Position numbers and translations under genes: made by a program
NCBI RefSeq assembly: GCF_007692535.1
Contig: NZ_REBW01000113.1
Coordinates: 3,762-67,761, forward strand
DNA from: Thioalkalivibrio sp.
Lineage (GTDB): Bacteria > Pseudomonadota > Gammaproteobacteria > Ectothiorhodospirales > Ectothiorhodospiraceae
Direction: 5' to 3'
Length of the DNA: 64,000 bases
Shown: one piece after another, positions 50,170 through 60,264 of the stretch
Layout: each line of letters begins with the position of its first letter
Position numbering within the stretch: position 1 is the first letter of the stretch
Notes under the pieces: model-generated
Seen by the model: only the letters and a program-made list of their open reading frames with translations
Told to the model about the DNA's origin: nothing
Database searches by the model: none

Positions 50170-51552
50170 TCACACGCCTAGTGGCGTCTTCAGCTTCTTC
50201 GGATCGATGCCCAGCGTCTTGAACTTGCGGTAGAGATGGGTGCGCTCGAGACCCACACGTTCCGCAAGCCGGGTCATGTTGCCCTCACTGCGCTCGAGCT
50301 GATGGATCAGGTACTGCCGCTCGAACTGCTCGCGCGCCTCGCGCAGCGGAAGATCCGGGAACAGGTTCGCTTCGTCCAGCTCGGCCTCGTGCAGCGTCTG
50401 CCCCGACAGCGTGCGCTCGACCTCGTCGCTGGTGACCTCGTCCCCGGAGCCGAGAATCATCAGCCGCTGCACGAAGTTGCGCAGCTCGCGCACGTTCCCG
50501 GGCCAGTGATAGCGGCGCAGCCGGTCCAGGGCCCCCGCCTGGAAACGGCGTGCCGGGAGACCTTCCTGCTGATGCAGATGCGTCATGTGGTAGTCGAGCA
50601 GGGCCGGGATGTCCTCCGGATGTTCCCGCAGGGGCGGAATCTTCAGCGGCAGCACGTTCAGCCGGTAGTAGAGATCCTCGCGGAAGCGCCCTTCGCTGAC
50701 GGCCTCGGCGAGGTCGTCCTTGGTGGCGGCGATGACGCGGACGTTCACTGCGATGGGCTGATTGCCGCCGATCCGGGTGATGCGCTGGGTGTCCAGGGCA
50801 TGCAGCAGGCGACCCTGGGTCTGCAGGTCCATCTCCGCGACCTCGTCCAGGAACAGCAGGCCGCCGGCCGCCTGCTCCAGCAGGCCGAAGCGGATCCGGT
50901 CGCCCTGCTCGGTGCCGAACAGTTCGGCGATGGATTCCTCTCCCGTCAGCGAGCCGACCGCGACAATGATGAACGGATTCTCCCGCCGGGCACTGCGCGC
51001 ATGCAGGTAGCGCGCGAAGGTCTGCTTGCCCACGCCGGCCTCGCCCGAGATCAGTACCCAGGTATCGTGCTGTGCCATACGCTGTACCTGATCACGCAGG
51101 TTCTGCATCACCGGGCTGTCCCCGACCGGGTCGGCAGTCGCGGCACCGTGACGGCGAAGACCCTGGTTTTCCCGCTGCAGGCGGTCCGACGCCAGCGCGT
51201 TGCTCAGGGTGATGGTCAGCTTGTCGATGGAGAGGGGCTTCTCGATGAAGTCATAGGCGCCGAGGCGCGTGGCATCCACCGCGGTTTCGACGTTGCCGTG
51301 CCCCGACATCATCACCACCGGACAGGGCAGCCCGTCCTCATCGCTCCATTCCTTCAGCAGGCTGATGCCGTCGCCGTCCGGCATCCAGACATCGAGCAGG
51401 ATCAGATCCGGGCGGCGGCTGCGACGCGCGGCCTTGGCCTCCGCGACGGAACCGGCCAGCGCAACCTCGTAACCCTCGTCCTCGAGCACATCGCGCAACA
51501 GCATGCGGATGTCCGGCTCGTCGTCCACCACCAATATGTAAGGTCCACTCAT
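50170..51552 (-). CDS. ntrX: NtrX-like response regulator (REC, AAA+, HTH)
   Basis: REC, Walker A GEAGVGK, Walker B LFLDE, FREDLYYRLNV, WPGNVREL, Fis-type HTH; downstream of the NtrY-like kinase. Confidence 0.8.
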   Translation of the reverse strand: MSGPYILVVDDEPDIRMLLRDVLEDEGYEVALAGSVAEAKAARRSRRPDLILLDVWMPDGDGISLLKEWSDEDGLPCPVVMMSGHGNVETAVDATRLGAYDFIEKPLSIDKLTITLSNALASDRLQRENQGLRRHGAATADPVGDSPVMQNLRDQVQRMAQHDTWVLISGEAGVGKQTFARYLHARSARRENPFIIVAVGSLTGEESIAELFGTEQGDRIRFGLLEQAAGGLLFLDEVAEMDLQTQGRLLHALDTQRITRIGGNQPIAVNVRVIAATKDDLAEAVSEGRFREDLYYRLNVLPLKIPPLREHPEDIPALLDYHMTHLHQQEGLPARRFQAGALDRLRRYHWPGNVRELRNFVQRLMILGSGDEVTSDEVERTLSGQTLHEAELDEANLFPDLPLREAREQFERQYLIHQLERSEGNMTRLAERVGLERTHLYRKFKTLGIDPKKLKTPLGV

Positions 51553-53741
51553 TCCCGTTGTTCTCCGACACCACCGGTGTCACCGCCGTGACTGACCGGA
51601 ATCCGGATCACGAATACGGCGCCCCCTTCCGGCTGATTATGGCATTCAATCATACCGCCATGTTCCTCCACGATCTTTTGCGCCACGGCCAGGCCCAACC
51701 CGGTGCCACGCGGCTTGTCCGTCGTATAGGGCTCGAAGATGCGTTCGAGGAAGTCCTGGCGGATCCCCGGTCCATTATCGGCGACGCGAAGCTCCACGCG
51801 GCGACCGTGGTCGTCCTCGAGGCTGCGGGTGGATACGCGCACCTCACCGCCGGGACGTCCCTGCACCGCTTCGAGGGCATTCTTGACCAGGTTGTGCATC
51901 AACTGGCGCAGGCGCCCCGCATCAGCCCGGATGGTCGGCACCCGGGGCGCGAGGTCCAGCACCACCCGTGCGGGCTGCCCTTCGCCGTCATAGAGTTCGC
52001 AGACATCGCGCAGCAAACCGTTCAGGTCCAGCGGCGCCAGCGCGAGTCGCGGCGCCTGGGCGTAGTCGCGGAAGGCATTGACCAGCGTCTTCATGGCCTC
52101 CACCTGCTGCACGATGGTCTGGGTGGCACGGTCGAGCATCTCCCGGTCCGCCCCCTCGAGGGTCTTGCCGAGCCGGCGTGACAGCCGCTCCGCTGACAAC
52201 TGTATCGGCGTCAGCGGATTCTTGATCTCGTGCGCGAGACGCCGGGCGACCTCGCCCCAGGCCGCGTCACGCTGGGCACGCAGGAACTCGGTCATATCGT
52301 CGAACACGATGGCGTGCAGCCCGCGGTTGTTGCCGGGGTTGGGCAGCCAGACCGCACGGGTCATCAGAACCTTGCGGCCGCTGCGTGTAAAGACCACCAC
52401 CTCCCGCGACCACTCCTTTTCGCGTCGTGTCAGGGCGTCGCTGATGGCGTCGAAAAACTGGGCCACCAGCGGGCAGTCCTCGTTGAATTCCGAGGGGAAG
52501 CGGTTGTGTCCGGCGCGCAGATCACATTCCAGGATCTGGCACGCGGCATCATTGGCGGTACGCAGCCTCAGGCTGCCGTCCAGGGCCAGCACCCCGGAGC
52601 GCAGGTGCTGCAGCACACTCTCGAGATAGGCGCGTTCCGCGTCCAGCAGACGCCGGCTCCGCTCCGCTTCCTGTCGCGCCTCGCTCAGCGTACGGGTCAT
52701 CGCGTTGAAAGAGCGCACCAGAAATCCGAGTTCATCGTCCCGGCTCACGGCGAGGCGCGTGCTGTAGTCGCCCGAGGCCACCAACCGCGTGCCTTCGGCC
52801 AGATCGGTGACCGGCCGAACCAGCCGCCGCGCCACCAGCAGACCCGCCCAGAGCGCCGCCATCAGCGAGATGGCCAGGGCCAGCGACATGGTGAAAATGA
52901 AACCCTGCTTGATCGGGCCCCGCAGGTAGGCGAATTCCCGATAGTCGACGAACGCGTCCTCAACCCGGACCGCCAGTGCGCTCATGCGCGGGTCCACCGG
53001 ATAGATTCCCTGCAGGATCCGACTGTCCGCGCCCGGACGGCGGTCCCCGCCGGTGGCGACGACCCGGATCACCAGCGAACCATCCGGCTGGGGCTCGAGC
53101 CGGGTAAAGGGCTGGCCGGGGCTCATGCGCCACAGGATATCGGCGCCAGGCGGCGATGGCAGGCGCCGGATCGGGCTGTCGGTGCTGGAAGCGATGATGC
53201 GGTTGTTGGCACCGACCAGCGTCAGTTCCTGTGCGTTCAGCTGGGCGCGGACGTCATTCAGCGCCAGCGGCACCAGGGCCTCGGACATGTCCTCCAGCTG
53301 GCGCATGATCTCCTGGGTCTCCCGCGACAGCTGCCGCACCCGCAGGTCCAGCGACGAACGCGACAACTCCAGCGCATCCTCGAGGGCTCCGTCGACGCGC
53401 ACGTCGAACCAGGAGTCCACGCCCTCGTTCAGAAATTTGAAGGAGAAGTAGTAGACGACCGTCGCCGGCAGTACCGCGACGAGCATGAACCCGAAGACCA
53501 GGCGCAGTGTCAGGCGACTGCCGGGCACGCCGTCCCGATTCTGGACGATCAGGCGGGCGAGCTGGTAGATAATCATCGTACCCAGCACCACCAGCACCAG
53601 GCCATGGAAGGCCAGCAACCAGAGGAACAGCCGCTCGAAGCGGTCGGAGTTCTGCGCGGCGTCGCCCATGACCACCAGCGAGGCCAGCAGCAGCAGGAAC
53701 AGGACCACCATGCCCAGCAGACCCCAGGGGAAACGCCTCAT
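51549..53741 (-). CDS. ntrY: NtrY-like sensor histidine kinase
   Basis: TM, HAMP, PAS, AWGEVARRLAHEIKNPLTPIQLSAERL, DNGPG, GTGLGL; ATG overlaps the upstream stop. Confidence 0.85.
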   Translation of the reverse strand: MRRFPWGLLGMVVLFLLLLASLVVMGDAAQNSDRFERLFLWLLAFHGLVLVVLGTMIIYQLARLIVQNRDGVPGSRLTLRLVFGFMLVAVLPATVVYYFSFKFLNEGVDSWFDVRVDGALEDALELSRSSLDLRVRQLSRETQEIMRQLEDMSEALVPLALNDVRAQLNAQELTLVGANNRIIASSTDSPIRRLPSPPGADILWRMSPGQPFTRLEPQPDGSLVIRVVATGGDRRPGADSRILQGIYPVDPRMSALAVRVEDAFVDYREFAYLRGPIKQGFIFTMSLALAISLMAALWAGLLVARRLVRPVTDLAEGTRLVASGDYSTRLAVSRDDELGFLVRSFNAMTRTLSEARQEAERSRRLLDAERAYLESVLQHLRSGVLALDGSLRLRTANDAACQILECDLRAGHNRFPSEFNEDCPLVAQFFDAISDALTRREKEWSREVVVFTRSGRKVLMTRAVWLPNPGNNRGLHAIVFDDMTEFLRAQRDAAWGEVARRLAHEIKNPLTPIQLSAERLSRRLGKTLEGADREMLDRATQTIVQQVEAMKTLVNAFRDYAQAPRLALAPLDLNGLLRDVCELYDGEGQPARVVLDLAPRVPTIRADAGRLRQLMHNLVKNALEAVQGRPGGEVRVSTRSLEDDHGRRVELRVADNGPGIRQDFLERIFEPYTTDKPRGTGLGLAVAQKIVEEHGGMIECHNQPEGGAVFVIRIPVSHGGDTGGVGEQRE

Positions 53742-54289
53742 TCCAAAGACCACCGATACCACCCCAGTTGTGTCCCGTAGGCACCCCGCAGCCGCGCATC
53801 CCATTGCAGGGGCAGCGGCAGGGCCGTGTGGTCCAGCTGCACTCGCGAGGCCAGCGTGTAATCCTGGCCGGGGCGCAATGCGTCACGATCGACCTCCAGC
53901 ACCACGCGGCCGAGACGTCGGGCGAGCATTTCCAGCGCATCCCCGACAGTGGGGGCGAAGTCCATCTGCTGCCGCTCGACATCCGTGACCACGTAATGCC
54001 GGCTCAGCGCGTAATACTCGAGCCGCACCGCATTGCTGGCCGACTGCAAGGTACGTTCGCCAAGGATGCCGCGCGCGCGTTCAAGGCGGACCTCGGAACG
54101 GAAGTTCACCACCACGCCGTTGGCCAGCGCATCCGCCAGGACGTCCGGCAGGCTCATGTCGAGATGCAAGCGCACCAGCAGGCGGTTCTCGTCCTGCCAG
54201 ATATAATCCGCATGCCTGATCTCGGTCGCCATCGTGGCGGAAGGCGCCAGCAGCAGCAAGACCAGCAGGCCGAAGAGCCATCCGCGCAT
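53738..54289 (-). CDS. DUF4390 domain protein
   Basis: Signal peptide, DALANGV, LEYYALSRHY, LP.PLQ; usual rsmB-DUF4390-ntrY order. Confidence 0.75.
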   Translation of the reverse strand: MRGWLFGLLVLLLLAPSATMATEIRHADYIWQDENRLLVRLHLDMSLPDVLADALANGVVVNFRSEVRLERARGILGERTLQSASNAVRLEYYALSRHYVVTDVERQQMDFAPTVGDALEMLARRLGRVVLEVDRDALRPGQDYTLASRVQLDHTALPLPLQWDARLRGAYGTQLGWYRWSLE

Positions 54290-54293
54290 GACC

Positions 54294-55613
54294 TCAGGCC
54301 CCGCGTGCCAGCAGTGCATAGTAGAAGCCGTCCATCGCTTCCGTACCCAGGGCAATGGCCCGCCCGACCACGCGATCGACGCCGCCCGCAAATGCAAGCG
54401 GCACAGCCCTCGCGTCCGCTGTCCGCGCCAGCCATGGCGCCACCACCTGCTCGTTTTCCGCGCGCAGCAGCGAGCAGGTCGCGTAGAGCAGGCGCCCGCC
54501 CGGACGCAGCAGGTCCCAGGCCGTTGCCAGCAACGCGGCCTGGCGCGCCGCGAGATCGCCGACGTCACCCGCGCGGCGCAGCAGCTTGATGTCCGGATGC
54601 CGCCGGATCACGCCGGTCGCGGAGCAGGGAACATCCAGCAGGATTGCGTCGAACGGTTCACCATCCCACCAGCTCTCCGGGTCGGCGAGATCGCCGATAT
54701 GCATCCCGGCCCGGTATCCGAGCCGGCGCAGATTCTCGCGCACGCGGCCCATGCGCTGACCGTCCGCGTCGAGCGCGGTGAGATCGAGATCCCCGGCCAC
54801 CGTCTCGAGCAGGTGCCCGGTCTTGCCCCCCGGCGCTGCACAGGCGTCCAGTACCCGCTCACCCGGCCTCGGCGCGAGCAGCAGTGCCGCCCACTGGGCC
54901 GCCGCGTCCTGCACCGAGACCAGCCCTTCGGCGAATCCCGGCAGTCTGTCGACATCCAGCGGCTCGGCGAGTGTCAGCGCCGAAGGCACCAGCGGGTGCG
55001 CGGTGGCGGTCAGACCCGCCTCCGCCAGCCGCTCCAGCAGTGCCGCCCGATCGATACGGGCCGTGTTCACCCGCAGGGTCATCGGTGCGGGCTCGGTGGA
55101 GGCCCGCAGGATCTCCTCCCAGGTATCGGGGAAAGCGTCGCGGACGCCGGTCACGAGCCAGGCGGGGCATGCGTAGCGCATGGTGGGGCTCCGGTCCATC
55201 GCGGCCGTGAGTTCCACGCGTTCGCGCAGGGCTCGGCGCAGCAGCGCATTGACCAGCCCGACGGCGCCGGGCCGCTGGATGGCGCGGGCCAGCTCCGCGG
55301 TCTCGCGCACCGCCGCGTGATCGGGCGTGCCGAAATGGAAGATCTCCGCCAGTCCCTGGCACAACAACACGCGCACCACCGCATCACGCGGCTTCAGCGG
55401 ATGTTCCAGCATACCCTCGACGATCGCCTCGAGCCTGATGTACCAACGCACCGTCGCATAGGCCAGGGCCCGGACCCATGCGGCCTCGCGCGGGGGCAGA
55501 TCGGCGGTCTCTTCGAGCAGCGCAGCCGTCAGCGACTCGCCCTTCAGAATCACCCGGCTCGATGCCTCCAGCGCCTGCCGGCGGGGAACCCACCCGGTCC
55601 GCCCGCGGCTCAC
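54294..55613 (-). CDS. rsmB: 16S rRNA m5C967 methyltransferase
   Basis: NusB-like N-terminus, SVQDAAAQ, LDACAAPGGKT, LDVPCSATGVIRRHPDIK, LYATCS. Confidence 0.96.
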   Translation of the reverse strand: MSRGRTGWVPRRQALEASSRVILKGESLTAALLEETADLPPREAAWVRALAYATVRWYIRLEAIVEGMLEHPLKPRDAVVRVLLCQGLAEIFHFGTPDHAAVRETAELARAIQRPGAVGLVNALLRRALRERVELTAAMDRSPTMRYACPAWLVTGVRDAFPDTWEEILRASTEPAPMTLRVNTARIDRAALLERLAEAGLTATAHPLVPSALTLAEPLDVDRLPGFAEGLVSVQDAAAQWAALLLAPRPGERVLDACAAPGGKTGHLLETVAGDLDLTALDADGQRMGRVRENLRRLGYRAGMHIGDLADPESWWDGEPFDAILLDVPCSATGVIRRHPDIKLLRRAGDVGDLAARQAALLATAWDLLRPGGRLLYATCSLLRAENEQVVAPWLARTADARAVPLAFAGGVDRVVGRAIALGTEAMDGFYYALLARGA

Positions 55614-56566
55614 GCGACGCCTCCGAGCATCCGGCCCGCCAGATCCCCGCCGTGCGCCCAGGCACTGGCCGGGATCGGTTTGCGGCCGGGCAACTGCACC
55701 GTCTGCAGGCGCAGGATCCCGTCACCGGTGGCCACATCGACGCCGTCCCGCAGGGCGGCGACGACGGTCCCCGGCAGAACGTCCCCGGGAACGGGTTCGC
55801 CAGACAGGGGCCGCGCCGCATGCACACGCAGGACCCGGCCGTCGAACGCCGTCTGCGCGACCGGCCAGGGATTGAAGGCGCGCACCCTGCGGTCGATCGC
55901 GAGCGCGGACTCGGCCCAATCAATCCAGGCCTCTCCCTTGTCGATCTTGTGCGCGTAGAGCACGCCCTCCTTCGACTGCGGCCGTGGTGCCAGGCTGCCG
56001 TCGAGGATCGCGTCGAGTCTTTCCAGGAGAAGATCCGCGCCCATCGCGGCAAGCCGGTCGTGCACGCTGGCGGCGGTCGCGTCGGCGTCCAGGTGGAGAT
56101 GTTCGCAGGCGAAGACGGGACCGGTGTCCAGCCCGGGCTCCATCTGCATCAGGCAGACGCCGGTGTCGGTATCGCCGGCGAGGATGGCCCGTTGAATCGG
56201 CGCTGCGCCGCGCCAGCGGGGCAGCAGGGAGGCGTGGATGTTCAGACCCCCCAGCGGCGGTATCGAGAGCACAGCGCGCGGCAGGATCAGCCCGTAGGCT
56301 GCAACCACCATGAGATCGGGTGCGAGTGCCGCGAGCTCGGCCTGGGCGTCGGCGGGCTTCAGCGAGGCCGGCTGCAGGACCGGGATATCGGCCTGCTGTG
56401 CCAGTTTTTTCACCGGACTGGCTGTGAGCCTGCGGCCGCGCCCCGCCGGCCGATCGGGCTGCGTGTAGACCGCGACCGGCGAGCGGCCGGCGGCAATCAG
56501 TGCCGCCAGGGCAGGTACCGCGAATTCCGGCGTTCCGGCATAGACGATGCGCCGGCCTGCGGCCAT
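55610..56566 (-). CDS. fmt: Methionyl-tRNA formyltransferase
   Basis: GTPEFA, TQPDRPAGRG, NIHASLLPRWRGAAPIQ, GLDTGP, RAFNPWP. Confidence 0.97.
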   Translation of the reverse strand: MAAGRRIVYAGTPEFAVPALAALIAAGRSPVAVYTQPDRPAGRGRRLTASPVKKLAQQADIPVLQPASLKPADAQAELAALAPDLMVVAAYGLILPRAVLSIPPLGGLNIHASLLPRWRGAAPIQRAILAGDTDTGVCLMQMEPGLDTGPVFACEHLHLDADATAASVHDRLAAMGADLLLERLDAILDGSLAPRPQSKEGVLYAHKIDKGEAWIDWAESALAIDRRVRAFNPWPVAQTAFDGRVLRVHAARPLSGEPVPGDVLPGTVVAALRDGVDVATGDGILRLQTVQLPGRKPIPASAWAHGGDLAGRMLGGVA

Positions 56567-57108
56567 CAAAGATTGACAGCGGAGCCGGCCAGCGACGTGC
56601 GCTCCGACGGTGCTTTCGCGGCCTGCTTCTCCAGCTTCTTGCGGATGCGGTTGCGCTTCAGGGTGGAGATGTAATCGACGAAGAGCTTGCCATCGAGGTG
56701 ATCGATCTCGTGCTGGATACAGACGGCGAGCAGGCCGTCGATTTCCATCTCGAAAGCTTCGCCGTCGCGGTTCAGGGCCCGCACGCGCACGCGCTCGGCG
56801 CGTTGCACCCGTTCGTAGAAGCCGGGAACGGAGAGACAGCCCTCGTCCATCTCCTCCTCACCTTCGCGGCTGAGAATCTCCGGGTTGATCAGGCAATGCG
56901 GCTCACTCTGGTCATCCGACACGTCGGCCACCAGGATGCGTTTCTGCACATTGATCTGCGTGGCCGCGAGGCCGATCCCCGGCGCCGCATACATGGTCTC
57001 GAACATGTCGTCGACCAGCGCCCGGATGGCATCGTCCACTGCATCCACCGGGCGGGCGCGCAGACGCAGGCGGGGGTCGGGAAAGTGAAGAATTTCTCTA
57101 AGTGCCAT
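56566..57108 (-). CDS. def: Peptide deformylase
   Basis: [24 protein letters not shown]. Confidence 0.98.
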   Translation of the reverse strand: MALREILHFPDPRLRLRARPVDAVDDAIRALVDDMFETMYAAPGIGLAATQINVQKRILVADVSDDQSEPHCLINPEILSREGEEEMDEGCLSVPGFYERVQRAERVRVRALNRDGEAFEMEIDGLLAVCIQHEIDHLDGKLFVDYISTLKRNRIRKKLEKQAAKAPSERTSLAGSAVNL

Positions 57109-57396
57109 GGGTAAGACCTCGATCTCGAATGCTGTGCCGGCGCCGTTTTTCTGCTAAGTTTGGGTAGGGTGTCATAGCGCCACCAGATGCCTGATGCAGT
57201 ATATTGGGTCAACGGCTCATTTTACGAGAGAACCGCGGATCGGCGTGGACACTGCACCGGCAGCAAGGGGCTGTATAGCTGGAGACAGCGAAACGTGGCA
57301 GGAATTCGCGACGATCCGCTCGCAGTGCGGGCGAACCGCGCGAAATTGCGGGAAGCCCGGCGCCTTCGGCACGGGCACATGATCAGGGGGAAACCG

Positions 57397-58500
57397 ATGT
57401 TCTACGCATGGGCTGCAGCAGCATTGATGCGCCGCACGGGTGTCGTTGTCCTGCTGGCTCTGGGGCTGGTCGCCTGCGCGACCGGACCCGAGCCCGCCGC
57501 ACCGGCCGAAACCCGGGCACCGGCCGCCGAACCAGCAGCTGCCCCGGAGCCGGCGGCGGCAGAGCCGGAGTTCAGGGCCAGCGCGCCGGAACGGTATGTG
57601 GTCCAGGAGGGTGACACGCTCTGGGACATCGCCAACGTGTTCCTGCGCGATCCCTGGTACTGGTCCGAGATCTGGCTGGTCAACCCGCAGGTGCGCAACC
57701 CACACCTGATCTATCCCGGTGATGTGCTCAGCATTTACTCCGTCGGTGATCGACCCGGGGTGATGGTCGAACTCGCACCGCGGGTGCGGATCGAGGCGCT
57801 GGATGTTGAGCCATTCCCCATTTCAGCCCTGCAGCCGTTCATGTTCCGCGCGCGGGTCGTTGATGAAGAGACGCTGGAGAAGGCGCCATACATCGTCGCT
57901 GCCCAGGACGAGCGCGTGATCTTTGGCCCTGACGACCGCGTGTACGTGCGCAACGCGCCCGACGCCCAGCGCTGGGACCTGTATCAGCTCGTGCGCCGGG
58001 ACCGCATGCTGATCGATCCCGACACCCGAGAGGAACTGGGCGTGGCAACGATCCCGGTCGGGGAGGCGGAAGTCGTCCGTGGTGGCGAAATCGCAACCGT
58101 CATTCTCCGCGAGGGTCAGCGCGAGGCCATCCGCGGCGATCGCCTGATTGGCTTCGACGACGACCAGGACCTCCTGTTCGACATCAGCCGCCCACCGCCC
58201 GGGCTCGAAGGGACGGTGATCATGCTGTTCGATGCCATCACCCAGATCGGGACCCTTCAGGCGGCCGTGATCAACCGCGGTGAGCGCGAGGGCGTCCGCA
58301 ACGGCCAGGTCTTCGCGGTCTGGGAGGCGGGGCGCGTCGCGCGTGACCCGGTCAGCGGCGCGGGCAACGACATGATCCAATTGCCCGAGGAAGAGATCGG
58401 CAACCTGATGGTGTTCCGCACCTTCGACAAGGTGTCCTACGCACTGGTGATCGAATCCACCCGCCCGATCCGTGAAGGCTACAAGGTCCGGCACCCCTGA
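57397..58500 (+). CDS. LysM peptidoglycan-binding lipoprotein (TsaP-like)
   Basis: Lipobox LVAC, YVVQEGDTLWDIA..FL..PWYW..IW..NPQVRNPHLIYPGD; conserved def/lysM/dprA order. Confidence 0.85.
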   Translation: MFYAWAAAALMRRTGVVVLLALGLVACATGPEPAAPAETRAPAAEPAAAPEPAAAEPEFRASAPERYVVQEGDTLWDIANVFLRDPWYWSEIWLVNPQVRNPHLIYPGDVLSIYSVGDRPGVMVELAPRVRIEALDVEPFPISALQPFMFRARVVDEETLEKAPYIVAAQDERVIFGPDDRVYVRNAPDAQRWDLYQLVRRDRMLIDPDTREELGVATIPVGEAEVVRGGEIATVILREGQREAIRGDRLIGFDDDQDLLFDISRPPPGLEGTVIMLFDAITQIGTLQAAVINRGEREGVRNGQVFAVWEAGRVARDPVSGAGNDMIQLPEEEIGNLMVFRTFDKVSYALVIESTRPIREGYKVRHP

Positions 58501-59641
58501 TCCGGTCACCGAGACCCCGAGGGAACGGCTGCAAGACTGGCTTCGGCTGCTGCACACGCCGGGCCTCGGGCCTCGGCGTGTGGCCCGGCTGCTGGAAGGT
58601 TTCGGAACACCCGCCGCTGCGCTGCAGTCCGGTGCGCGGGCCTGGGCCGAAGTCGGCGTAGCAACCGCCCGCGACGGTGACGAGATTTCCGCCCGCGAGG
58701 CCGGGGTCGAGGCCGATCTGGCCTGGCTTGAGCGCGACGATCGCCACCACATCCTGGCCCGTGACGACCCGGCCTATCCGCCGCTCCTGGCCGAACTCCC
58801 GGACCCCCCTCCGGCACTCTACCTGATCGGTGATCCGGCCCTGCTGCGGCGTCCGCAGATCGCCATCGTCGGCAGCCGCGACGCGACGGCACAGGGGCTG
58901 CGCCACGCCGAACGGTTCGCCGGGGCCCTTGCTGCGGCAGGGCTCACGGTGACGAGCGGGCTCGCGCTCGGCATCGACGCTGCTGCGCATCGCGGAGCGC
59001 TGGCCGCCCCGGGCGGCAGCACGGTGGCGGTGGTGGCGACGGGCCCGGACCGGGTCTACCCCTCCGCGCACCGGCGTCTGGCCCACCGGATCGCCGACCA
59101 GGGACTGCTGGTGTCGCTTTGGCCGGTGGGTACCCTCGCGCGCCCGGGCCATTTCCCCCAACGCAACCGGGTCATCAGCGGCCTCGCCCTGGGCACCCTG
59201 GTGGTCGAGGCGGCGCTGCGCAGCGGTTCCCTGATCACCGCGCGCCTCGCGGCGGAACAGGGCCGCTCGGTGTATGCGATCCCCGGGTCCATCCTCAGTC
59301 CGGTCAGTCGTGGCTGCCACCGGCTGATCCAGCAGGGTGCGCAACTGGTGGAATCGCCGGATGACATCCTCGAGGACCTGGCGGACTGGCTGGGGGTGCC
59401 CGGACAGGCGCCGCCCGACACCGCGGCACCCACCGACGCCGCCAGCCTGGACCCGGAACACGAACGGGTGCTCACAGCGATGGGATTCGATCCGATCGGG
59501 CTCGAGGAATTGCTGCAGCGCACCGGATTGACCGTGGCGGCGCTTTCCTCCATTCTGGTTTTACTGGAACTCAATGGCCGCGTGGCCTTACTCAGCCACG
59601 GGCGCTACCAGCGCCTCGACGCAGGACCCTCCAAGACATGA
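58472..59641 (+). CDS. dprA: DNA-processing protein DprA (Smf)
   Basis: IAIVGSR.AT, SGLALGIDAAAH, FPQRNRVISG, VVEAALRSGSLITA, GCHRLIQQGA. Start uncertain. Confidence 0.95.
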   Translation: MKATRSGTPDPVTETPRERLQDWLRLLHTPGLGPRRVARLLEGFGTPAAALQSGARAWAEVGVATARDGDEISAREAGVEADLAWLERDDRHHILARDDPAYPPLLAELPDPPPALYLIGDPALLRRPQIAIVGSRDATAQGLRHAERFAGALAAAGLTVTSGLALGIDAAAHRGALAAPGGSTVAVVATGPDRVYPSAHRRLAHRIADQGLLVSLWPVGTLARPGHFPQRNRVISGLALGTLVVEAALRSGSLITARLAAEQGRSVYAIPGSILSPVSRGCHRLIQQGAQLVESPDDILEDLADWLGVPGQAPPDTAAPTDAASLDPEHERVLTAMGFDPIGLEELLQRTGLTVAALSSILVLLELNGRVALLSHGRYQRLDAGPSKT

Positions 59642-60123
59642 AAGAAAACGTGCTGGACGTGCTGATGTATCTGTTCGAGCACTACATGGACGATGACACC
59701 GACAGCGAGCCGGATCGCCAGGATCTCGAGTCCCGCCTGCAGGAAGCCGGATTCCCCCCCTCGGAGGTCGACCGTGCCCTGGGCTGGCTGGATCGACTGG
59801 TCAGTGAAGAGCCGGTGGCCGCGAGAGTCGGATCCGAGGCCGCGCAGCGGGTCTACACGTTCGATGAGCAGAACCGACTGGATCTGGAGGCCCGTGGCTT
59901 CCTGGTTTTCCTGGAACAGAACGGGCTGCTGACCGCGGGTACACGTGAACTCGTCATCGACCGGGTCATGGAGCTCGACGCCGAGGAGATCGACCTCGAC
60001 CAGCTCAAGTGGGTTGTGCTGATGGTGCTGTTCAATCAGCCTGACGACAGCATCGCCTACTCCCGTCTGGAGGAGGTGGTGATGGCCGAGGGCACGCCCC
60101 CGCTGGTGGAATATCTGCACTGA
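59638..60123 (+). CDS. smg: Smg (DUF494) protein
   Basis: MKENVLDVLMYLFE, LKWVVLMVLFNQP; dprA-smg-topA order. Confidence 0.92.
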   Translation: MKENVLDVLMYLFEHYMDDDTDSEPDRQDLESRLQEAGFPPSEVDRALGWLDRLVSEEPVAARVGSEAAQRVYTFDEQNRLDLEARGFLVFLEQNGLLTAGTRELVIDRVMELDAEEIDLDQLKWVVLMVLFNQPDDSIAYSRLEEVVMAEGTPPLVEYLH

Positions 60124-60264
60124 GAACCCTGTAACGAAGCCCCGCGCCTGCCGGTATCGGCCGTATCCAACCGGCCCGGTGCGGCCTATCGGCGCCGGCC
60201 CTGACGGTCCCGTCGACGCGGATCGTGTTGGAACCCGGGCGCAAACGGAGTGGTCCCGAGCGAC

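Noticed and set aside
57329-57377. GGGCGAACC-GCGC-GAAA-TTGC-GGGAAGC resembling a c-di-GMP-I riboswitch upstream of the LysM gene
   Set aside because: The stem under GAAA pairs poorly, and the conserved GACGCAAAGC junction and tetraloop receptor are missing. An Infernal search with the Rfam model would settle it.
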